Shown piece by piece: positions 8,942 through 18,644 of a stretch of DNA of 64,000 nt (its first letter is position 1; each line of letters opens with the position of its first letter). The notes under the pieces are model-generated. The model was not told where the DNA came from, did no database searches, and saw only the letters and a program-made list of their open reading frames with translations. The stretch covers positions 10,243-74,242 of the forward strand of contig CAZXCQ010000001.1 in the NCBI GenBank assembly GCA_964639275.1, in the 5' to 3' direction. Position numbers and translations under genes: made by a program. This DNA comes from an uncultured Desulfobacteraceae bacterium (lineage in GTDB: Bacteria > Desulfobacterota > DSM-4660 > Desulfatiglandales > Desulfatiglandaceae).

Positions 8942-9904
8942 ATGAGACGCTATGGCCCTTTTTTCGCCACATTGCTCTCCTTGTTTTTGATGGCCTGTGC
9001 AACCGTCCATGTGCCCACCAGGGGTGCGCTGGTAAAGATCTACAGACCAAACCCCGTAAAAGAGGCCCTGGTCTGTACGACGAAAGGTGAACAGGGCATC
9101 TCTTACATGTACGTGGGTCCCGAGACCGTGGGCGGCAAAGTCAGCGAAGAGGAAAAACAGATCATTGCCCAGTATGCGCGCGCGGTGTTGGGTCAGACCC
9201 GGTTTATAAATCCTGTTTCGGTGCCGTCAACGAACTGGGAATATCCGGATCTGAGCATCAGGGTGCACGAGTTTTCCGTAAAAACCAACCGCACGAGGGA
9301 CCGCGTTTTGAGAGACGGTGTCTTTCAGGCCAGCTTTTCCATCCGGCAGGCAGGGATGCTTGAGTGCTCCACGAGTGATCCCATCTTGATAGAAAAACAC
9401 TATGAGAGACCGGCCTATAAGAAAGAACTCCTGCCTTCCCCACGCCGCGTAAAAGAGGCCATGGTAAAAGAGGCGGTCATGCGCGTCGTTCGGCAGTTTG
9501 TGCCGGTTGAGAGCAGTGTGCTGAGGCCCATCAAGACCGAGGGAGAATTGGCATTGAAGGCGGCCCAGATGATCGATGCAGGCAACTGCCGGGGGGGCTA
9601 TGAGGTTGTTAAACCTGTGGCGAATGACCTCCAATGCAAAGATCCGGCCCTGCTTTACAATGCCGGGGTTGCCCTGGAATGTATGGCCTGGAATGTGGCG
9701 AATGATCAGAAGACCCAGGTGCGCTATTTGACACAGGCAAAGGACTATTATCTTCGGGCTGCTATCCTCAGACCAGAAGATGCAGACATGCAGAGGGCCA
9801 TGAAAGAGGTCTCTTATGAACTAGACACCTTCTTTGCCTCTTTCAAACGTCAAAAGGCCACGGGTAAATCCCTCGACGAATACAGATCCCCCAAGAGCTT
9901 TTAG
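8942..9904 (+). CDS. Lipoprotein of unknown function with a C-terminal TPR-like helical region
   Basis: Lipobox LFLMAC. The ATG abuts the upstream TAG (translational coupling), with GGAGGA 7 nt upstream. Confidence 0.5.
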   Translation: MRRYGPFFATLLSLFLMACATVHVPTRGALVKIYRPNPVKEALVCTTKGEQGISYMYVGPETVGGKVSEEEKQIIAQYARAVLGQTRFINPVSVPSTNWEYPDLSIRVHEFSVKTNRTRDRVLRDGVFQASFSIRQAGMLECSTSDPILIEKHYERPAYKKELLPSPRRVKEAMVKEAVMRVVRQFVPVESSVLRPIKTEGELALKAAQMIDAGNCRGGYEVVKPVANDLQCKDPALLYNAGVALECMAWNVANDQKTQVRYLTQAKDYYLRAAILRPEDADMQRAMKEVSYELDTFFASFKRQKATGKSLDEYRSPKSF

Positions 9905-9933
9905 CAGACCCTAAGGCGAGAGGAGAAATTTAG

Positions 9934-11256
9934 ATGAAAAGAATCTTATGCCTTCTCACAATCCTGGTTCTTCTTACAGGGTGTATGCAGGCCATAGAGC
10001 AGACAACGGGCATTCAGGTATCCAAGGCCGTAAATCCGGTAATGGAATTGGAGATGGACCTGGTCTTCCTGGATGAAATCACCGCAACGACCAAACTCAA
10101 CCAGATGCTCCTCAATCGGATGCCGATCTCTCTGGAAGACCCCTGGCCCGAACTGCTCAATCGCTATTCAAAGGATCCGGCGGAAAGAGACAAAGAGGCC
10201 AAGAAAAAATATGACGCCTGTTTATACAAGCTCTTAAAAGATGACTTCTATTTTTTCAAATTCTATCACCCGGCCCTCTATTTTGGCTATGTCGGACCCG
10301 GGGGCACCAGTGCCCTCCTGTCCCGGGCGATCATTGCAGCCAGGGCCACCCTTATCGTAGAAGCCGCCAAGGCCATGGGCCGGCGATACGAACATGCCAA
10401 GTCTGTTGTGAGCTATTATCCCTTCGGGTGCAAATGTGCCTTTTATGAGCAAAAGTCTGGCGATCTCCAGCCCGGGTCTCCAGAGTGTCTCGAGATGCGT
10501 ACCAAAGAGGAATGCACCTTTTTCAATCTCCCTACAGAAGAAACGCTTAACGACTACCTGTTTGAAAAAGGGGGATTAAAGGCCTGGGTGGACCTAAAGA
10601 CACCCCGCGAATGTCTCAGGGTAGTAGAAGGCGAGAGCCTGGGGACCTTCAAGCAGGTGTTCTATACACTCCTTCCGGACTATGTTCGCGACAATATCAG
10701 AAGGGTGGATGATGAGGTGCAGGTCGCAGAGGCAGACCTGGAAGAGATAAAGGCCAGGCTTAAGGAAAAGGAGCTGTCAAAAGGAGAAAGGGCCCGGCTT
10801 GAAAAGAGGGAGGAAGAATTAGAAAAGGAGGTGGACGTCAAGGCGGCAATACAGCAAAAACTATATAAGGAAGCGATTGGTACCGTGGAAGTCACACCGG
10901 AAAAGGTCAAGAAAGCCAAAAAACTCCTGGGTGTTGCATCTTATATAGATGACGGCTTCTCACTGGTCTCTGCCGCAATGACGGCCTTGACCGTCAAAAT
11001 GGTAGACGACATATTAATATTTGCCCGGTTTGATGCAAACCAGATTGCAAACAGCATCGGTTACTTGGCTGCCCAGGGCATTGCAAGCGGTCCTGACGCC
11101 CAGAAAAGGGGAAAAATCCTGGCCAAGCGATTTGCCAGTCTGTTTGTCAACTATCCCCAGGTCTGGGGGTACGCCATAGCACAGAAGTATCAGGCATCAA
11201 TGTACCTGGACTATTTAGAGGCGTTGGCAAAGATGGAACACAAGGTTAAGGGATGA
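9934..11256 (+). CDS. Lipoprotein of unknown function with a central charged coiled coil
   Basis: Lipobox LLTGC and AGGAG RBS. An E/K-rich heptad-like segment is present (EADLEEIKARLKEKELSKGERARLEKREEELEKE). Confidence 0.5.
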   Translation: MKRILCLLTILVLLTGCMQAIEQTTGIQVSKAVNPVMELEMDLVFLDEITATTKLNQMLLNRMPISLEDPWPELLNRYSKDPAERDKEAKKKYDACLYKLLKDDFYFFKFYHPALYFGYVGPGGTSALLSRAIIAARATLIVEAAKAMGRRYEHAKSVVSYYPFGCKCAFYEQKSGDLQPGSPECLEMRTKEECTFFNLPTEETLNDYLFEKGGLKAWVDLKTPRECLRVVEGESLGTFKQVFYTLLPDYVRDNIRRVDDEVQVAEADLEEIKARLKEKELSKGERARLEKREEELEKEVDVKAAIQQKLYKEAIGTVEVTPEKVKKAKKLLGVASYIDDGFSLVSAAMTALTVKMVDDILIFARFDANQIANSIGYLAAQGIASGPDAQKRGKILAKRFASLFVNYPQVWGYAIAQKYQASMYLDYLEALAKMEHKVKG

Positions 11257-11304
11257 TAGATGAGAATTGCGAACCATAACCCGCTGAAGAAAAGGGGGAG
11301 AACC

Positions 11305-12507
11305 ATGAAGAAGCATCTGACATTGATATGGGTCGTGGGATTTGTCTGGTTGGTGGGGGGCTGCGCTCCAAAGCCTATTACGCCTGTCTCACCCGAAGAC
11401 AACCCGGCCCATCATTACCTGATGGGGATGGAACTGGTTGACAAGAATGATCTGACAGAGGCCTCAGCCCGATTTGAAAGGTCGCTAAAACTGGAGCCAA
11501 ACTACGCCCCTGCCCTTGCGGGGAAGGCCCTGGTCGCGGCCGTTAGGACCCAAACAGAGCAGGACATCGGGCATAAGTCGGTAGAACTGAAAAGGGCGCT
11601 GGACCTGTTGGACGATGCCGGGGATGAAGCCAAGGGAGACTCCCAGAAGTTCATTGTACAGGTCACCGGCATTCGGGTTTATACGCACGCCACGCCCAAA
11701 AAGTGGATCAAAGAGGCAGAAAGGTGTTACAAAAAGGCCCAAAAGCTTGATCAGGTTAAGCCGGCGGAGTTGCCTTATTACCAGAGAAAGCAGGCGGCCG
11801 ATTACTTTATGGGCGTTGCCTATTTCAAAGGGTTGCGCTTCAGAGATGCCGAGGAAACCCTGGGTGTGGTCCTGAGTGCCACTCCGGGCCGCTGGCACGA
11901 ACCGGCCAACCAGCTCTATAAGAGGGTGCAGAAGATCACCCGGGCAGCCGCCAATTTCACGCTGACCGATGTGGCAAAGCGTATTGCCATAAAGGACGAT
12001 GTGGACCGGGCCGATGTGGCGGCTCTCCTTGTGGATGAAATCCATCTGGACCGGTTTCTGGCGGGTCGAATCCCCGTTCCCGCAAAGCAGTCAGAACCAG
12101 CCTTTGTGCCGGCCGATATAACCGACAATATGTTTAAGCCGGAGATTTTGATCGCACTGAAATGGGGTTTACGCGGGCTTGAACCCCTTTATAACAATAC
12201 CTCAAAGGCCTATCTCTTCTATCCCAAAAGACCGGTGACGCGAAAAGAACTGGCCTTTATCCTGGAGGATCTGTTGATAAAGATTACAGGGGATAAGTCT
12301 TTGGCCACAAAGTATTTTGGCCAAAAGAATTCACCATTTCCTGATGTCCCTGCCACCTCTTCGTCATTTAATGCCGCCATGAATGCAGTGACCAGAGGGC
12401 TTATGGAACCCGATCTCTCAGGGGCATTCAGACCCGACGACAATGCAGATGGTGCGGAGTTGTTGTTGGCCGTAACGCGTCTGAGAAATGTCATGAACGT
12501 CCATTAA
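11305..12507 (+). CDS. Lipoprotein with an N-terminal TPR region and a C-terminal SLH-like domain
   Basis: ATG 11305 after GGGGGAG, lipobox LVGGC. TPR-like EASARFERSLKLEPNYAPAL. The C-terminus (FPDVPATSSSFNAAMNAVTRGLMEP...FRPDDNADGAELLLAVTRL) resembles an S-layer homology motif. Confidence 0.5.
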   Translation: MKKHLTLIWVVGFVWLVGGCAPKPITPVSPEDNPAHHYLMGMELVDKNDLTEASARFERSLKLEPNYAPALAGKALVAAVRTQTEQDIGHKSVELKRALDLLDDAGDEAKGDSQKFIVQVTGIRVYTHATPKKWIKEAERCYKKAQKLDQVKPAELPYYQRKQAADYFMGVAYFKGLRFRDAEETLGVVLSATPGRWHEPANQLYKRVQKITRAAANFTLTDVAKRIAIKDDVDRADVAALLVDEIHLDRFLAGRIPVPAKQSEPAFVPADITDNMFKPEILIALKWGLRGLEPLYNNTSKAYLFYPKRPVTRKELAFILEDLLIKITGDKSLATKYFGQKNSPFPDVPATSSSFNAAMNAVTRGLMEPDLSGAFRPDDNADGAELLLAVTRLRNVMNVH

Positions 12508-12528
12508 GGGAAGGAGAGGAGGATTGTC

Positions 12529-13458
12529 ATGAAAAAGATCTTTGGAATCATCGCTGTTTTTTTGGGTGTGTTTGCCCTGGTTACGGGGGTATGGTCACAG
12601 GGAACCTGGCAGAGCGTAAAAGATCCCGTAAAGGTCTTTGAGGAAGGCTATATCCAGGTGGTCGGAGCATCAGAGGAAGGACAGAGTCGCTATAAGGCAA
12701 CGAGGGCGGCAACGGTTGTGGCCCAGCGTGAACTCTTGGAGATCCTTGAGGGTTTACGTCTTTACGGTACAACAACGGTCAGGGACGGGATGTTACAGTC
12801 GGACGAGATCCGCACATCGGTAGACGGGTTTTTGCGGGGGGCAACAAAGTGTGGTGAAAAATTCTATGGTGACAGAGGATATGCCGAGGTCTGCATGAGG
12901 CTTTACATCCGCGGCAAGGGGGGGCTTTATGACATCATTTTGCCCCTGATGAAGGAGAACAACCTGATGCCTCAGGCGGGGCCGTATTACAAGCCTAAAT
13001 TGATCCCAAAGGTCCTCAAGACCACCCCTGCGCCGGCTGAAAAGCCAATCACTGAGGCCAAGACAGAGGAAAAACCAGAAGCCAAGCCAGAGGTCGCCCG
13101 GCCATCTGAATTGAAGACCACTTACGATGGCATCATCGTTGACGTCCGGGCATTTCAATTTAGACCGGCCCTGGTAAATACGATTGTCACCGAAAAGGAT
13201 GAGGTCGTCTTTGATCCCTCCAAAATACTCAGCAGTGTCCTGGTGGAGAGGGGATGTGGGGGCTTTACCACCGACCCCAATAAGGCAAAGGCATTGCTGG
13301 AGAGCTGGGGGAGCAAGACCCCCATGACCCTCCAAGGTATCGGTGTGATCAAGAATACAAATGCGAAGATATCCGCCGATGACGCTGCAGCGGTCTTTGT
13401 ACACGACAAGAAGAGCAATATGCTGGCCCAGGCAAAGGTGGTGTTCCTGCTGAAGTAG
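12529..13458 (+). CDS. Exported LPP20/FlgP-like protein with a P/E/K-rich linker
   Basis: Signal peptide present. The segment VVGASEEGQSRYKATRAATVVAQRELLEILEGLRLYGTTTV...VDGFLRGA resembles the LPP20 family. Linker sequence is PAPAEKPITEAKTEEKPEAKPE. Confidence 0.45.
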   Translation: MKKIFGIIAVFLGVFALVTGVWSQGTWQSVKDPVKVFEEGYIQVVGASEEGQSRYKATRAATVVAQRELLEILEGLRLYGTTTVRDGMLQSDEIRTSVDGFLRGATKCGEKFYGDRGYAEVCMRLYIRGKGGLYDIILPLMKENNLMPQAGPYYKPKLIPKVLKTTPAPAEKPITEAKTEEKPEAKPEVARPSELKTTYDGIIVDVRAFQFRPALVNTIVTEKDEVVFDPSKILSSVLVERGCGGFTTDPNKAKALLESWGSKTPMTLQGIGVIKNTNAKISADDAAAVFVHDKKSNMLAQAKVVFLLK

Positions 13459-13491
13459 AAAATCCCGATATCCACATCGCAAGCAGACAGT

Positions 13492-13534
13492 GTTAGCCTG
13501 GATCTTGTTATAAGTCAGGAAGATCCGGGCTAAC
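13492..13534 (+). terminator. Strong hairpin after the LPP20-like gene (possible intrinsic terminator or attenuator)
   Basis: GTTAGCCtGGATCTT ... AAGATCCgGGCTAAC gives a 14-bp stem with one mismatch. A T-rich run follows, but only ~10 nt downstream. Confidence 0.4.
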
Positions 13535-13627
13535 AGCCATTACCTTTTTGGTTTGTTTCCGTCCTCTTGAAGTTATTGTCCACCTCTTGCTCATCTGACC
13601 ATTCACTTTTCCAGAGGGGGTATCAAG

Positions 13628-15838
13628 ATGAAAAAACTGCTGATAATTGTTGCTTCATGTCTCCTGGGCATCATTATTATATTATTTGGGGTGGGGCTCT
13701 ATATCAATGCCAATATTGAAGAGATCACCCGAAAACACCTGGGGGCAAAAGTCAATTTTGAACACGTTGAATTTCGCTATTCACCCATGCCTACTGTCGT
13801 CTTCACCGGCCTCGAGGTTGAGCACAAAAACAACAAGGTCAAGATCCCTTCCCTTGCGTTGTATCCCAATCTGATGGGTCTCATGAAGGGCCGCCTCTCC
13901 TTGAAGAAGGCGGTGTTGGAAGAACCCTTTGTCTTCACAGAGCTGGTTCCGGCATCCGGTGGAGACAGCCGAGACCAGGGATCAGCCCCCCTGAGCATAG
14001 CCGCCATCCCCGCCGAAAGGCTGGGGGGCATCCTGATAAATAAGGGCAGGCTGCTCCTAAAGGCTCCTGGCATCCAGCCTCAGCCCATCTCCTTTACGGT
14101 GGCCATGGAAAACATAGAGAAAAAGGATCAGACCATTTCGGTCCAGCTCAAGAAATTCTCAGTCGAAGAGCTGGGGCTCAAGTTTGCCGGAGATATCACC
14201 ATCACTTGCCTTGCCCCTTTGAAGTTGAAGGTTGACGCGCCTGAGGCATCCATTGACCCCTCGGCGGTAAAGGATTTTCTGGTCCGGTTCGGATTCATCA
14301 AGAAGGAGCTCGGCACCCAGATCCCCAAAATTCAAAGCGTGGGCTCAAAAGGCCTAAAACTGGAGATAGATCCGGATGCCGGAAAGTTCCTTCTCTCCTC
14401 GGCCGCCCTCAGTTTCGACCAAAGCCAGATCAAGGATACCACGGTCAGCCTGGCCAAAGGGGGCGCCTTTGAGCTCAAGTGTGCCCAGATTCTTCTGGAC
14501 ATGGGGGCCATTCAGGGCTGGGTCATGGAAATTCCAAAGGGAAAGGAGGCCATGGATAATATCCTTGCCAAGGCCAAGCTCAAGTCCCTGACCACTCAGG
14601 GCACCCTTCAAGTGTCTTCAGTGGATATCAGCGGGAGCCAGGAAAAGCCCGCAGATATCAGCGGCTCCCTGGACCTCAAGACAGACGGGCTCAAGATCAA
14701 TCTGGTCTCTGAAAATGGAGAAAAACAGAGTTTCACTGTAAGCCAGCTCGACACCAAGGTGACCATAGAAAAGGGAAAACCCTCGGTCAAGGTGGGGAAA
14801 CTCCTCTTGCGTTCATCAAAGGGGGGGACCGGTTCAATCACCGGATCGTTTGTCCTTCCGCTGGACTTAGAGGACATTGAATTCAGGACCTCCATGGACT
14901 CCTTCAAGGTCTTTGACGCAGTGGTCAATTTGGACGCCGTCAAACCAAAGGAGAGGCGGTTGACATTCGACCTCGACTTGAGATCCCCGTCACTTGAGGT
15001 CCTGGCAAAGGGGCTGGCGTACGCACCGGTCCACAAAAAGACCGATCTTGTCATGCGCCTTGAGAATTTTCGGGTATCGAGGGCCGGATCATCCGAAAGC
15101 GAGGGATCGGTCAAGACTGAAGGGCAAAGGCCCAAGGACTTTGATTTCACACGCGTAAAGGGAAAGACGATCTCGGCCGAGGCATTTATCAAGAACCTTC
15201 AGTTTAACAAGTTGCCCGAGTTGGAAGACGTGAAATTTCTGTTTCAGTGTCAGGATGACAAGGCCTATGTCCGGGGAAATATTCGACTCTGCAACACCAA
15301 CTTTACCCTGACCGCCGTTCTCATCCCCCCAAGCGAGATCACCGCCCAGATAGAAGGCAAGGGGGTGAGCCTGGACCTCACCTCTTTTATCGCCTGTTTT
15401 TCCAAAGAACTCCCTGTCTTTTTAACCGGGAAGATCTCCCTTTCCGCATTTCTTACTACTACGGGAGGAAACCCCAAGGCCTTGCTCGACAGCGCTGAGG
15501 GGGAAGTCGTGGTAACCCTCGCCAATTGCTCGGTATACAGGCTTTCCAATCTGGACTACCGGTTGCTTTTTATTCTGGACATGCTGCAAGTGGCCGGGAT
15601 TAACCCCAATACCCTGGATTCCATCGCATTTAGGAAAGGTCTTGCCAGGGCCAATTTCCAAAAGGGCCGGGTGATCCTCGATAGGTTTTCCCTTAGCGGG
15701 CCTGTGGTGGATGCCTCGGGGAAAGGGGAATTCTCGTTAGAAGATAAGCGACTGAGGCTCTCAGGAGAGGTCCGAACGGCCTTGGGCATAACAAAGGACT
15801 TGGAGATAGACAGGGTCTTAAAAAGGAGACAGATATGA
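13628..15838 (+). CDS. AsmA family protein
   Basis: Single N-terminal TM segment (LLIIVASCLLGIIIILFGVGLY), followed by a long beta-rich periplasmic body typical of AsmA-like proteins. The stop overlaps the next start (ATGA). Confidence 0.65.
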   Translation: MKKLLIIVASCLLGIIIILFGVGLYINANIEEITRKHLGAKVNFEHVEFRYSPMPTVVFTGLEVEHKNNKVKIPSLALYPNLMGLMKGRLSLKKAVLEEPFVFTELVPASGGDSRDQGSAPLSIAAIPAERLGGILINKGRLLLKAPGIQPQPISFTVAMENIEKKDQTISVQLKKFSVEELGLKFAGDITITCLAPLKLKVDAPEASIDPSAVKDFLVRFGFIKKELGTQIPKIQSVGSKGLKLEIDPDAGKFLLSSAALSFDQSQIKDTTVSLAKGGAFELKCAQILLDMGAIQGWVMEIPKGKEAMDNILAKAKLKSLTTQGTLQVSSVDISGSQEKPADISGSLDLKTDGLKINLVSENGEKQSFTVSQLDTKVTIEKGKPSVKVGKLLLRSSKGGTGSITGSFVLPLDLEDIEFRTSMDSFKVFDAVVNLDAVKPKERRLTFDLDLRSPSLEVLAKGLAYAPVHKKTDLVMRLENFRVSRAGSSESEGSVKTEGQRPKDFDFTRVKGKTISAEAFIKNLQFNKLPELEDVKFLFQCQDDKAYVRGNIRLCNTNFTLTAVLIPPSEITAQIEGKGVSLDLTSFIACFSKELPVFLTGKISLSAFLTTTGGNPKALLDSAEGEVVVTLANCSVYRLSNLDYRLLFILDMLQVAGINPNTLDSIAFRKGLARANFQKGRVILDRFSLSGPVVDASGKGEFSLEDKRLRLSGEVRTALGITKDLEIDRVLKRRQI

Positions 15839-18612
15839 TGAGAGGGCAAAGAACCAATTTCTTCTCCCGGGGGCCTTTGATCCTATTAGGCGTTTATCTG
15901 GCCTTATTTCTCAGCGCTTGCGGTCCCCCCAAAAAACCTCAAAAAGGCATCTATATCAAAGAAGAGGATATCCCCCGGAAAGTAGCGGTGTTGCCCACCA
16001 CGTTCGCTCCCAGAGAAAAAAAGGATGTCAGTCTGGAGGTAGAACCCGGAAGCGAAAAGGGGAAATTTATTGCCAACCTGGTTAGGGGCGTAATCCATAA
16101 CCAGCTTTCAGGAAAGGGATATGCGACCCAACCCCTCGATCTGGTGGACCAAAAGCTGGCCGCATCAAAGGAACGGAAGGGGTGGGATGCCCTGTCTCCG
16201 CAAAAACTCTGCAAGCTCTTGGGTGTGGATGGTCTCGTCTACCCGGAGATCATCTCGGCGACCATGATGAAGGCCGTGGCCTACGACGAGTACTCAATCG
16301 AGGCCCGGGTCAAGATGGTAAATAGCAATGGTGAGGAACTGGGGACCTGGACCGAATCTGCCTCAAAAAAGCGGATATCCATCCCGACCAGCCCGCTGAG
16401 TGTTGCAGCGACCGTGCTGGAGGCCGTGATGGACGAATCAGAAAGAAAGCACATGAGGCTTATCGTCTACGACCTGGGTTGGAAGATTGCCCAGTTTATC
16501 CCTGACAGTCCCCATGGGAAGGCCTTGCCCGAAGTGATCTCGGTGCTGACCAACGTGGACAAGGGGACATTCGCCGGGGGGGAGCAGATCAAGGTCGAGG
16601 TGAATGCCGAAAAGGACCTTACCTGTACCTTTGATGTGGGTGATTTCAAAAAGGCGATCCCGATGCCTTATTCAGAGGGGGGGGTTTATAAAGGCGTTTA
16701 CCAGGTCCGGGAAGGGGACAAGACATCTATGGCCCCGATCAAGATCCGAATGGTAAAACCCAATGGGGTTGAAAGGATCTGGGTAGAGACCGGGGGGACA
16801 GTTACCATTGATGCCATTTCGCCTCCTCCTCCGGGGGAAGTGGAAGGCACGGCAACCAAAGAAGGGATTTCCCTCTCTTGGACGCTCCCACAGTCCGAGG
16901 ATCTAAATGAATTTATTGTGGAAAGGAGTGACAGGGCCGTTGGAGATTTTAAGGTCCTGAAAAAAACCAAAGATCTCACTCTACTAGACTCAGATGTCAC
17001 ACAGGGGAGCACCCACTATTATCAAATCAGGTCGGTCGATCGGGTCGGCAACCGTTCGCAACCAACAAAGATCGTTAAAGTAACCATGCCATTTTTTGAT
17101 CAGGTCAAATTGTCTGGTCAACCCAAAGGCACGCTGGTCCCCGGGGTATATCTGGTGGAGGGAGAATCCGTTGTCCCCGTGGGAGAGGTCCTCAACATAG
17201 GACCCGGATCAAGGCTCAAATTTTCTCCCGAGGCAAGGTTGGTGGCCAAGGGTGTCCTGAGGGCAAAGGGGTCAGAAAAACGTTCAGCCGTCTTTGAGGG
17301 CAAAGGGTGGCAGGGCATTCACGTGCCTTCAGGGGGGCGGGCCGAGATCTCCCATGCCACTTTGGCGGGATGTTCCCCTTGTATCGCCGATGAGGGGGGC
17401 TCGCTGGGAGTGCGGTCCTCCTCGATCCACGCAGAGGGGGGTGACGGCATCACCATTGGAAGCGGCAGCACCTTTGAGCTGGAGGATATCCAGGTAAGCG
17501 GATGTCAAAAAGGGATCGTCCTAAATGGCGGTAAAGGCAAGATTGAGAAGAGCACGATCTCTAAGAATGGTGTTGGTGTCGAGTTTGCCAGTGGTATTGT
17601 CGAACTCGTTAACAACAATATATTCGGGAATCAGCAAAAAGAGGTCTTGTCCCGGGGCAAGCTCACCCTCTATGACAACTACCTCGGTGCACCAACGATC
17701 AAAGAGGCCAGACTGGGAGGAGATATATGGGTAAAAAGCCTCCTGGATGCCCCCTATCCCCATGGCCGAAAGGTCCTCCTGGTGGATGAAAAGGATATCA
17801 CCCCCAAGGTAATCGAGGCCCGTTTTAAAAAATACAAGGGAAAAGGCATCGAGGCCTTTACCAAGAGAAGATTCGGCGATGCCCATCAGTCCTTGACAAA
17901 GGCCATGTCCCTCAAGGACGACACAGAGGTCTATCTCTACCTGGCCTACACCCAGATGATCCTTGGAGAGGAATCTGGTCTGGAGAAGACCCTCAAAAAG
18001 GGGATAGAGGCGTTTCCTTACGAAGTAAGGCTCTACCAGATCTATGCAAAGCACCTTGCCGCCAAAGGGAAAAAACAAGAGGCCATATCGCTGCTGGATA
18101 AGGCACTCAAGATGAATCCCGATGACAAAGCCCTAAAGATTATGAAATTGAGCCTGGTCGAACCCCCGCCCACCCTTGCCACCAAGGAAAAACCAAAAGA
18201 GAAGAAGTTGCCCGTCAAGGAGAAAAAGGAGGTCGCATCAAAAGAGGCCGAGAACGCTTTTGAAAAATCCAAGGCCCGGGGGATTGCGGCATTTAAGAAC
18301 AGAAAATTCAAAGAGGCAAACACCCACCTCTCCAGGGCCCTATCCCTGAAGGACGATAAGGAGGTCTATCTCTACCTGGCCTACACCCAGATGAGCCTTG
18401 GACAAAAACCAAACCTCGAAAAGACCCTGGAGAACGGGATAAAGGCCTTTCCGAAAGAGGTGAGACTCTATCAGATCTATGCAAAACACCTGACAGCGAC
18501 TGGGGAGACAGAAAAGGCACTCTCCTTGGTAAAAAAAGGCCTCCAGATTGATCCGAGCAATAAGAACCTGCAATTCATGAAGGAATATCTGGAAGGGATG
18601 AAGAAAAAATAG
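15835..18612 (+). CDS. Multidomain lipoprotein: DUF799/GNA1162-like N-domain, FN3, parallel beta-helix, duplicated TPR module
   Basis: Lipobox LFLSAC. VAVLPTTF...GKGYATQP...LGVDGLVYPEI resembles DUF799. An FN3-like segment is present (ISLSWTLP...YYQIRSVDRVGNRS). Gly-rich beta-helix repeats follow, then two 145-aa TPR modules. Confidence 0.6.
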   Translation: MMRGQRTNFFSRGPLILLGVYLALFLSACGPPKKPQKGIYIKEEDIPRKVAVLPTTFAPREKKDVSLEVEPGSEKGKFIANLVRGVIHNQLSGKGYATQPLDLVDQKLAASKERKGWDALSPQKLCKLLGVDGLVYPEIISATMMKAVAYDEYSIEARVKMVNSNGEELGTWTESASKKRISIPTSPLSVAATVLEAVMDESERKHMRLIVYDLGWKIAQFIPDSPHGKALPEVISVLTNVDKGTFAGGEQIKVEVNAEKDLTCTFDVGDFKKAIPMPYSEGGVYKGVYQVREGDKTSMAPIKIRMVKPNGVERIWVETGGTVTIDAISPPPPGEVEGTATKEGISLSWTLPQSEDLNEFIVERSDRAVGDFKVLKKTKDLTLLDSDVTQGSTHYYQIRSVDRVGNRSQPTKIVKVTMPFFDQVKLSGQPKGTLVPGVYLVEGESVVPVGEVLNIGPGSRLKFSPEARLVAKGVLRAKGSEKRSAVFEGKGWQGIHVPSGGRAEISHATLAGCSPCIADEGGSLGVRSSSIHAEGGDGITIGSGSTFELEDIQVSGCQKGIVLNGGKGKIEKSTISKNGVGVEFASGIVELVNNNIFGNQQKEVLSRGKLTLYDNYLGAPTIKEARLGGDIWVKSLLDAPYPHGRKVLLVDEKDITPKVIEARFKKYKGKGIEAFTKRRFGDAHQSLTKAMSLKDDTEVYLYLAYTQMILGEESGLEKTLKKGIEAFPYEVRLYQIYAKHLAAKGKKQEAISLLDKALKMNPDDKALKIMKLSLVEPPPTLATKEKPKEKKLPVKEKKEVASKEAENAFEKSKARGIAAFKNRKFKEANTHLSRALSLKDDKEVYLYLAYTQMSLGQKPNLEKTLENGIKAFPKEVRLYQIYAKHLTATGETEKALSLVKKGLQIDPSNKNLQFMKEYLEGMKKK
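17815..18570 (+). repeat. Internal tandem duplication (435-nt period) of a TPR module
   Basis: A 34-nt identical string, gaggtctatctctacctggcctacacccagatga, occurs at 17926 and 18361. At protein level: LSLKDD.EVYLYLAYTQM.LG......EKTL..GI.AFP.EVRLYQIYAKHL. Confidence 0.85.
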
Positions 18613-18644
18613 CACATCTGCACATCGGTTTCGGGAAGGCAAGA

